From assembly GCA_021399395.1 (NCBI GenBank), contig JAAFKJ010000106.1, forward strand, positions 1 through 12,587: a DNA stretch of 12,587 nt, given 5' to 3'. The notes beneath the pieces were generated by a model, which was not told the DNA's origin, did no database searches, and was given only the letters and a program-made list of their open reading frames with translations. Source of the stretch: Candidatus Heimdallarchaeota archaeon. GTDB lineage: Archaea > Asgardarchaeota > Heimdallarchaeia > Heimdallarchaeales > Heimdallarchaeaceae. A program made the translations under genes and the position numbers. Numbering within the stretch: the first letter of the stretch is position 1; each line of letters begins with the position of its first letter. Below, piece after piece: positions 1-6,528 of the stretch.

Positions 1-1953
1 GATCTTACCTCCAGAATATAATATGAGAATAATCATCAATAATAATGAAAGTGACACTAAAACTAGTTGAATTTGTGTTCTTAATTTTGCAATCTCTAGT
101 TCTCTGATGAACTCAGAAATTGATTTGAAAGATTGAACTATTTGAGGTACAATTGTATCCTTAATGGTTCGCCCAGACCATTTACCTATGAATGTAATGA
201 ACCTCCATGTTTTCAGGATTATAATTTCAACAAGAAACTTCTGAATTATAACTTGCTTAAACCATATTGAGATAGGAATAATAGCTTTAATCCAGAGTAT
301 ACCAATGGGTGCAAAAATGAAATCAAATGTATAAACAGTTCGCAACAAGTTTTCGATTTTGATAGAAATTTGTGAAAATTTCAAACCAACATCTGAAAAA
401 TATTTCTCGATAATGATAAATGCTGATAGAACAATAAAACAACCAGCAAACACTGCAACTAAGGGAATCCATAGAACATTCGGATCAAGTAAGGGATGAA
501 AATCAAAAGGATTCATCAGATTATATTTAGGATAAAGAGTACTATTGAGAGAAAGGAAAATTACAATCAGAGCAGTGTATATTATCTCAATTTTTGAAAA
601 TTGAAATTTCAAAGCAGATTTTAGCTGTTTTTTGTAGATAAGAATCATCAGACTGAAGATGCCATAAAATAGCAATAGTGATAGTATGAAGAATCCAATG
701 TTGAACATCGAAGAATCGTGATAGAGAGTCTGAATAAGTATTAAGAATGAACTATTCAAAGGAACTACGCCTAAGATAACTGATGTCAAAACTACAAAAC
801 CTGTAAAACGAGTTATTGTTACTCCAATATTGAATTCCTTTGTTTTCTGTATTTCTTCTTCATCAACCAAATTGACATCAAATAAATATGGAACTAGTCC
901 AATAGATAGAACAGGCAATAATATCAAAATCTGAAAGGCGATTGACAGTTCTGCTAGTCCTAAAACAAAAAGAATCATACCTGATAAAATCGTATAAATC
1001 AGGATAGAAATCTCGAGTTCTCTTTTCAAAAAAAGTGAGAATGCAACACCTATCAGAGCTAGAATCAATCCATACCAAACAAAGAGAGTACATCCTTGTA
1101 TTAGGATCAATTGAGCAAATGGTGTTATGAATAAAATAGAAAGCGTAATCATAAAATGGGAGGACAGAAAGATGAATATTGAATCTTCATTTGAAGAGCT
1201 AATTTCTTTAAACCATGTATGGAAAGGAAAGAGAGAATTCTTGAAAATAATTCCTAATAGAATTAGACTTGCTAACAAAGGAACAGTTGGATTGTATGTA
1301 GAAGTATTAGTTAAAATATCATTTACTATAATTTGGAAATCTAAACTTTTAGCTGACTTTGCTAAAAGAACTGAAGCTGTAATAAGAAGTGCATCACCAA
1401 GTATGAATGATGAAATCATCTTCTTCATTGCATCTGGTATTTTCTTTTTTGATTTGAGAACCAAACTTTTTACTAAATCTAGAAGTATTAAATCAGATAT
1501 GAGTACAAAAAGAAGTATTTGAAACAGATTAGGTGCGAGAGTTAATAGAATTATAGAAAATCCATAGAAAGCTAATTTACTTGTATGTTTCTCTTTCCAA
1601 TAAGGTTTCTTCCAAGATAAATAACTGTTAGAGATAGCTAGTACAAACATAGCAGTGAGATAGATTATGCTCTGTGACAGAGTTAACTGAAGACCAAACT
1701 CAAAAGAATAGGTGAAAAACGAAAATAATGGAACAGCATCTCTAATCTGAATAATCGAGGAAAGAAAATAACCACCAATAAAGACAGAAAAATTAGCAAT
1801 AGCAAAACCAAAAAGCAGCAAAGAAGTGAGTAGAGAAAATACTTTCATTCTAAGAGCACTCTCATTGAAAAACATCATCAGTATAAACCCAGCTAATGAC
1901 ATCAGAAGGAGCAAACCACATTGAATCAGTAACATCAGAATTAGATTATTCAT
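1..1953 (-). CDS. Divergent NuoL/ND5/MrpA-like antiporter-type membrane subunit (3' end just outside window, >=651 aa)
   Basis: Manual translation from ATG 1953 gives 651 sense codons with no stop to base 1 (MNNLILMLLIQ...LILYSGGKI). Degenerate NuoL motifs occur in the correct order: LAPNLFQ (cf. LADNL), AMKKMISSFILGD (cf. AMKAF..R.GD), KSLDF, FKNSLFPFHTW (cf. GKSAQ.PL.TW), LGVVPL (cf. GIPP), YTFD plus an amphipathic lateral helix, ELEIAKLRTQ (cf. QTG.LR.Y) and a final TM. SD GGAGTGA at 1959-1965. The start overlaps the upstream stop (ATGAATAA). Confidence 0.85.
   Translation of the reverse strand, partial: MNNLILMLLIQCGLLLLMSLAGFILMMFFNESALRMKVFSLLTSLLLFGFAIANFSVFIGGYFLSSIIQIRDAVPLFSFFTYSFEFGLQLTLSQSIIYLTAMFVLAISNSYLSWKKPYWKEKHTSKLAFYGFSIILLTLAPNLFQILLFVLISDLILLDLVKSLVLKSKKKIPDAMKKMISSFILGDALLITASVLLAKSAKSLDFQIIVNDILTNTSTYNPTVPLLASLILLGIIFKNSLFPFHTWFKEISSSNEDSIFIFLSSHFMITLSILFITPFAQLILIQGCTLFVWYGLILALIGVAFSLFLKRELEISILIYTILSGMILFVLGLAELSIAFQILILLPVLSIGLVPYLFDVNLVDEEEIQKTKEFNIGVTITRFTGFVVLTSVILGVVPLNSSFLILIQTLYHDSSMFNIGFFILSLLLFYGIFSLMILIYKKQLKSALKFQFSKIEIIYTALIVIFLSLNSTLYPKYNLMNPFDFHPLLDPNVLWIPLVAVFAGCFIVLSAFIIIEKYFSDVGLKFSQISIKIENLLRTVYTFDFIFAPIGILWIKAIIPISIWFKQVIIQKFLVEIIILKTWRFITFIGKWSGRTIKDTIVPQIVQSFKSISEFIRELEIAKLRTQIQLVLVSLSLLLMIILILYSGGKI
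7..12 (-). promoter_or_regulatory. Shine-Dalgarno GGAGGT for a downstream gene starting just outside the window
   Basis: GGAGGT on the minus strand within the last codons (SGGKI) of the NuoL-like ORF, right after its terminal TM. The other junctions in this operon have the same arrangement. Confidence 0.55.
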
Positions 1954-2227
1954 GAGAGTCACTCCTTTGCTTTTCAACAGTTAATTTTATTTTCAATTCA
2001 TCTCTGAATACAAAGAGGAGAATTAATGAGATAGCATACAAGCCCAAAATCAGGAAAAGGATTGCATCTGTAGTTAGAACAGTTCCTGAGATTAAAATTA
2101 CTCCGGAAATGATCAAGAAGAAGAACCCAAATACCATTATATTTCTAGATTTTGTAAAGAGCAAAATCAAGAATCCTAATCCAAAGCACACTAGAAATAA
2201 AGCTATGATATAACTTAAGTAAACCAT
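1946..2227 (-). CDS. Divergent NuoK/ND4L-like 3-TM subunit (93 aa)
   Basis: Three hydrophobic segments with a short basic KSRN loop after TM1 (cf. RRN in NuoK). Size and position between J-like and L-like genes fit. SD AGGAG at 2237-2241 and overlaps with both neighbours. Both conserved intramembrane Glu residues are absent. Confidence 0.65.
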   Translation of the reverse strand: MVYLSYIIALFLVCFGLGFLILLFTKSRNIMVFGFFFLIISGVILISGTVLTTDAILFLILGLYAISLILLFVFRDELKIKLTVEKQRSDSHE

Positions 2228-2889
2228 GGCTCATCTCTCCTGTGTTTATTTTTTAAATCGATTAGAAATACAAATATCATTATTACAAGAAATACTAGAA
2301 AAACGATCAGAAGTGCTATGGCCTCATAATTTTGTGAGAATAAGGAATAAAGAGAAATTGTTTCGAAATATATTACTTGATTCTGAGAAAGAAAAAGTAG
2401 TATATAGATAGAGATAATTGGAAATGCTAATAGTATGATGAAACTAGAAAGTTGAGCTCTTCTTGAAACCGTTAAATCTAAGTCTGCTGATTTAGTTTTG
2501 AATATGAAAAAAGCTGTAAAAACAATCATGAGAACGTAAGCATAACAAATACAAATAATAAAGAAAATTGTTTGTCCGATTGATAGAAATATTAGTGAAA
2601 ATGAGATGAAACTAAACAGGAACAAGATTAAACTCATCCTTGAGGAGCTAATTATACCTTTTACCAGAAATCCTACACCTAGGAAACTACCTAGAAAATA
2701 ATAAGAATCTAGACTAGCATCAGAGAAAACAATTACAAGTGATATAAGAATGAGAAAAAGGGCTGTTTTGATGCTTAGCCAAATGTTCTTTTTCACTCTA
2801 AAGATATTAGGAAGAATAATAGTTACAACTAAAAACAGACTAAGAACTGAGACAATTATAGTTGTTGTAAAATCACTTAAACCAAACAT
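2215..2889 (-). CDS. Divergent NuoJ/ND6-like membrane subunit with ~60-aa N-terminal extension (224 aa)
   Basis: SLILFLFSFISFSLIFLSIGQ...CYAYVLMIVF resembles NuoJ TM2-TM3 (VYAGAIMVLF). SLFSQNYEAIALL resembles the LF..Y...FE segment before TM5. An in-frame TAG lies immediately before ATG 2889, which fixes the start. Confidence 0.65.
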   Translation of the reverse strand: MFGLSDFTTTIIVSVLSLFLVVTIILPNIFRVKKNIWLSIKTALFLILISLVIVFSDASLDSYYFLGSFLGVGFLVKGIISSSRMSLILFLFSFISFSLIFLSIGQTIFFIICICYAYVLMIVFTAFFIFKTKSADLDLTVSRRAQLSSFIILLAFPIISIYILLFLSQNQVIYFETISLYSLFSQNYEAIALLIVFLVFLVIMIFVFLIDLKNKHRRDEPWFT

Positions 2890-2895
2890 CTAAAG

Positions 2896-2926
2896 TCAGA
2901 AAAAATAAGAAAGAGAAAGATAAAAA
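2896..2926 (-). terminator. Possible oligo-T terminator of the surface-protein pair
   Basis: Pyrimidine/T-rich tract TTTTTATCTTTCTCTTTCTTATTTTTTCTG about 20-50 nt after the stop at 2945. It overlaps the next promoter. Confidence 0.35.
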
Positions 2927-2936
2927 GGTTTGGGAA
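2919..2936 (-). promoter_or_regulatory. Putative archaeal BRE/TATA promoter of the nuoJKL-like operon
   Basis: Minus strand TTCCCAAACC-TTTTTATC about 30 nt before ATG 2889, with no SD (leaderless or short leader). 15/17 identical to the element upstream of iorA. Confidence 0.6.
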
Positions 2937-2944
2937 TCAAAACT

Positions 2945-3700
2945 CTAACTTTGATTCATTTTTTTCCCTTTTTTCCGTCGTTGATAGCTGAACAGTGAGA
3001 TAATAACAAGAACAGAAATCAATCCTGCAGGACTGTCGAAGAAAGAAGTTTCTTCTAGTTCAGGTATAGGTAAGTTTGCAGTGAACAGAGGAACACTTAG
3101 ATTGTATTCCGGAAAAGTTGGTAGTTCCGGAACGAGTGGATTACCCGCACCAAAAGTAGTAAAATTACCTATAGTATAATTCAAACCTAAATCCATTCTG
3201 TATTGAAGATTACAGCCAATAGCTTTTGTTAGATTTACATAATAAACAGGAATGTTATGTACCAAATTACTTCGGATTTCCTCGTATAGGGGACTTGGAT
3301 AATATAATACTTCCCAATGAAGTGGTGATCCTTCTGGTATTCGTAGACTCCATTTTACATTCAATTTGAGTGTAAATACATCAGCTTTTACTGAGAGATT
3401 GTAATGATCTAAATCAAATGTTCCTACACCCCAGAAACCATAGTAAGTATCCATCTCAACATCTTCATTAGTATCAAAACCAAGAATATTCATGTATACA
3501 GTTGGTTTAGTGTAATTACCAACTTCGGGGTCGGTAGGAAGATGTATGACCCCTCTATAATCGTCACTAGTTTGTCGTATTACACCTGTAAAATCCCAAA
3601 CTTCTTCTTCTTCATCTTGTGCAATAGAGAGTTTGGTTGACATAAAGAAGAATGAGGAAAGCATCAATCCAATTAATAGCAGAGTAGTAGTCTTCTTCAT
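2945..3700 (-). CDS. Secreted, C-terminally membrane-anchored surface glycoprotein (251 aa), function unknown
   Basis: Signal peptide MKKTTTLLLIGLMLSSFFF...SIA|Q, six N-x-S/T sequons, Pro-rich linker, C-terminal TM and basic tail RRKKGKK. SD AGGAGG at 3709-3714 and ATGA overlap with the upstream gene. Confidence 0.85.
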   Translation of the reverse strand: MKKTTTLLLIGLMLSSFFFMSTKLSIAQDEEEEVWDFTGVIRQTSDDYRGVIHLPTDPEVGNYTKPTVYMNILGFDTNEDVEMDTYYGFWGVGTFDLDHYNLSVKADVFTLKLNVKWSLRIPEGSPLHWEVLYYPSPLYEEIRSNLVHNIPVYYVNLTKAIGCNLQYRMDLGLNYTIGNFTTFGAGNPLVPELPTFPEYNLSVPLFTANLPIPELEETSFFDSPAGLISVLVIISLFSYQRRKKGKKMNQS

Positions 3701-4569
3701 CTTTTAATCCTCCTGATTCGTTTGATAAGAGTAAATATCGTCAGTGTAATTCCAATAGTAGCTAATACAGAGATAAATTGAAAATCAACCTCTAAACTGT
3801 GAGTTCTAGGACGTGATGTTCTATCAACATTCTGTGCAACTGTAATATTGAAATTTGGCCACCATTCATCTTCTGGATAAGGGTCATGTGTGGGTCCAAC
3901 AAAAATTGGATTGTCAGGACCATAAGTTGTGAAATTACCATTGATAATTGTTTGATCTTTGTTAATTTGCTGCCAGTGCCCTACAACACCAGTTCTATTA
4001 AGCAGATAGGCTATATGAACAGGAACGATTAAGTCTAGTCCATCAAACAGAAATGGATTAGATACAAAAGCTATAGCTTTAAGCAAAACTCTTCTATAAA
4101 TAAAATCAATTTCTTGATTATATTGAGAACTGGAACTATTAACGATTGGAGAATCGTCCCATACATCTATCCATTCGATGCCACTTTCTGCACTTACGTT
4201 AAAGCCATATTCAGCACCTGGAGCTGGCTCTTCCCAGAATAGTGATGCTAAAGGCGCATTTCTTATTTCGTTTATTCCATGTAAAGCTACAATTGAATCT
4301 GGATTCGTGTCATTATCCTCAATGTCATCCAAGAAGAATATGAAAGTTCGAAGTCTATAAGGATCTTCTATAACAGATTTTGTAACCCCATCAGTTGGGA
4401 ATATCGGAATATATTTTACTCTGTGAGATTGCTGGTTAACCACACCTTTGTAATCCCAATTTTCTGTAAATATAAGCTCTCCAGAAATTGGAGTAAGATT
4501 GTCATTTACAAAGGGTGTAAATAGAAACGATAAAACAAGCGTTAGACAAATTACCTTTGGATATTTCAC
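3697..4569 (-). CDS. Secreted, C-terminally membrane-anchored surface glycoprotein, paralog of 2945-3700
   Basis: N-terminal signal (MKYPKVICLTLVLSFLF), six sequons, C-terminal TM and KRIRRIKR tail. Start GTG 4569 is preferred over GTG 4581 because GGTGG (4578-4582) sits at SD spacing. Confidence 0.8.
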   Translation of the reverse strand: MKYPKVICLTLVLSFLFTPFVNDNLTPISGELIFTENWDYKGVVNQQSHRVKYIPIFPTDGVTKSVIEDPYRLRTFIFFLDDIEDNDTNPDSIVALHGINEIRNAPLASLFWEEPAPGAEYGFNVSAESGIEWIDVWDDSPIVNSSSSQYNQEIDFIYRRVLLKAIAFVSNPFLFDGLDLIVPVHIAYLLNRTGVVGHWQQINKDQTIINGNFTTYGPDNPIFVGPTHDPYPEDEWWPNFNITVAQNVDRTSRPRTHSLEVDFQFISVLATIGITLTIFTLIKRIRRIKR

Positions 4570-4616
4570 TATTATTTCCACCAGAAATTATATTCTACAA
4601 GAATAGTTTAAGTGAC

Positions 4617-4633
4617 ATTTATAACCTTTTTCG
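4617..4633 (-). promoter_or_regulatory. BRE/TATA promoter of the surface-protein pair
   Basis: Minus strand CGAAAAAGG-TTATAAAT: a purine-rich BRE followed by a TATA box. It predicts a TSS near 4590-4595, upstream of the SD. Confidence 0.65.
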
Positions 4634-4643
4634 TTCAAAGTTG

Positions 4644-4678
4644 ATTACTCTATTAGATTAAAAATCTTCTATAGTAAT
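4644..4678. promoter_or_regulatory. 35-bp imperfect inverted repeat, candidate operator
   Basis: ATTACTcTAttAGATT-aaa-AATCTtcTAtAGTAAT, 13 of 16 arm positions complementary, located between the two divergent TATA boxes. Confidence 0.5.
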
Positions 4679-4686
4679 TCTTAAAT
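4679..4686 (+). promoter_or_regulatory. Putative TATA box for a leaderless ABC exporter transcript
   Basis: TCTTAAAT ending 24 nt before ATG 4711, with no SD. Confidence 0.45.
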
Positions 4687-4710
4687 CGTTTCAACAAAAA
4701 CTTGAACCAG

Positions 4711-6528
4711 ATGTCTTGGCTTGAAGATAAGAAACGTACTCATTCAGCAAAAGAAATAGCCAAGGTTATCTGGCCTTATGTTGCAAAACGTAAAGGCTTC
4801 TTAATTTTTGTTTCGATGGTCTCTTTTTTTGCCGCAATTATTGGATTAATAACTCCTCTTCTAATTAGGGAAGTTATCAATTCTGCTATTCCAGAAAACA
4901 ATTTAGAACTTGTGTGGATTATTGGAGCGAGTATTCTTGGAGTAGCTCTTTTTGGGGGACTTCTACAATATGTTTCTAGGTTTTATGCAGCTAAGTATGC
5001 ACAAGAAGTAATTTATGAACTCAGAAATGACATCTACGAAATTTTACAGAGATTAAGCTTAGAATTTTATGATGAAGAAAATACCGGTCAGATTATGACA
5101 AGGGTTACAACTGACTTAAATGCCATCCAGAGTCTAGTTAGTTTCACATTAAGACTGATCATGAATAGCGTCATCTACTTCATAGGAGCCTATGTTGCGA
5201 TGCTTGTCATGAGCTGGCAATTAGGTTTGATACTTGTAGCTCTGTTTCCAGGATTTATATGGCTTGTATATTGGTTTAGTACCAAAGTTAGACCTCTCTT
5301 TTACCTAGCCAGAAGACAATTTGGTGACGTTACATCGATCTTACAGGAAAATGTCACAGGAGCACATGTTGTTAGAGGTTTTGCTCAAGAAGAAAATGAA
5401 ATCAACAAATTTGATGATTCAAATACAATATATCGTGATTTAAGAATCAAAACACAAGTTTACCGGGCAATTTACTTTTCTGTAATGACTTTACTAATAG
5501 GTATAGGAACTAGTCTAGTTATAATGGTTGGAGGCACACAAATCGTCAATTATCAATTGGAACTAGGAGATTTTGTTGCATTCCTATCTTATCTAGCTTT
5601 ATTACCTGGTCCCACTAGACAACTAACTTGGCTAGTAGGTATATTTCAACGTTCTTTAGCAAGTGGAGACAGAATAATAGAGTTAATATCTGCTAAAAGA
5701 GAAGTTCAGGAAGATTCAAATGCTATTAACCCACCCAAATTTAAAGGAGATATTACTTACATAAATATCTTTTTTGAATATGAGAAGGGCAGACCAATTC
5801 TTAAAGATATTAACATCAATATTCCTCAAGGACAAAAAGTGGTTATTCTAGGAGGTACAGGGAGTGGGAAAAGCAGTTTTGTTAACCTGCTTTCACGATT
5901 CTATAATCCATCTGAAGGTTCAATCATGATTGATTCTCAGAATATCACAAAATATAAACTAAAAGAAATGAGAAAACAGATAGGGTTAGTTCTTCAAGAA
6001 ACATATCTTTTCAATGCAACATTAAAAGAGAATATAGCTTTCGGAAAGCCTGAAGCAACTGATGAAGAAGTAATCAATGTCAGTAAAATAGCTAAAATTC
6101 ACGATTTCATATCCGGTTTACCTGAAGGGTATGAAACAAAAGTTGGTGATAGAGGGATTACTCTTTCAGGCGGTCAAAAACAGAGAATATCAATTGCACG
6201 AACCTTACTGACTGACCCATCCATTTTGGTTTTTGATGATTCTACTGCTTCTGTAGATGCTGAAACTGAAGCTCAGATTCAAGATGCTTTGGATATTCTT
6301 AGCACTGGAAGAACCACTCTCATTATCTCACAAAGGATTTCATCAGTTCATTATGCTGATAGAGTATTGGTGTTTGAGAGCGGAGAAATCATACAAGATG
6401 GGAAGCATAACGACTTGATCAAAGCTCATGGGTTATATCAAGAAATTTATCACACTCTAGAGAGAAGTTTTGGAGAAATAGACACAAATTCACAGGAAGA
6501 AGAATCAACTCAAGGGAGCGACACATAA
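4711..6528 (+). CDS. Heterodimeric type IV ABC exporter, TMD-NBD half with degenerate catalytic residues (TM287-like)
   Basis: 6-TM TMD, Walker A GGTGSGKS, Q-loop VLQE, signature LSGGQ, Walker B ILVFDD (E>D), switch ISQR (H>Q). ATG 4711 is preferred over TTG 4702. Confidence 0.95.
   Translation: MSWLEDKKRTHSAKEIAKVIWPYVAKRKGFLIFVSMVSFFAAIIGLITPLLIREVINSAIPENNLELVWIIGASILGVALFGGLLQYVSRFYAAKYAQEVIYELRNDIYEILQRLSLEFYDEENTGQIMTRVTTDLNAIQSLVSFTLRLIMNSVIYFIGAYVAMLVMSWQLGLILVALFPGFIWLVYWFSTKVRPLFYLARRQFGDVTSILQENVTGAHVVRGFAQEENEINKFDDSNTIYRDLRIKTQVYRAIYFSVMTLLIGIGTSLVIMVGGTQIVNYQLELGDFVAFLSYLALLPGPTRQLTWLVGIFQRSLASGDRIIELISAKREVQEDSNAINPPKFKGDITYINIFFEYEKGRPILKDININIPQGQKVVILGGTGSGKSSFVNLLSRFYNPSEGSIMIDSQNITKYKLKEMRKQIGLVLQETYLFNATLKENIAFGKPEATDEEVINVSKIAKIHDFISGLPEGYETKVGDRGITLSGGQKQRISIARTLLTDPSILVFDDSTASVDAETEAQIQDALDILSTGRTTLIISQRISSVHYADRVLVFESGEIIQDGKHNDLIKAHGLYQEIYHTLERSFGEIDTNSQEEESTQGSDT

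Noticed and set aside
878-1093. 71-aa minus-strand ORF
   Set aside because: Out-of-frame shadow inside the NuoL-like CDS.
1127-1522. 131-aa plus-strand ORF
   Set aside because: Antisense to the NuoL-like CDS. Its K/I/E-rich composition is the expected mirror of hydrophobic codons.
1-1945. Apparent ORF-poor region that could be non-coding, a pseudogene or recoded
   Set aside because: It is one uninterrupted minus-strand frame. No frameshift or in-frame stop was found, so no recoding is needed.
2226-2411. 61-aa plus-strand ORF
   Set aside because: Antisense shadow of the NuoJ-like gene.
2890-2947. TAG read-through fusing the surface protein to the NuoJ-like gene
   Set aside because: The frames differ (55-nt offset), the surface protein ends in a normal TM plus basic tail, and another TAG directly precedes ATG 2889.
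4178-4360. 60-aa plus-strand ORF
   Set aside because: Antisense within the surface-protein gene, with no initiation signals.
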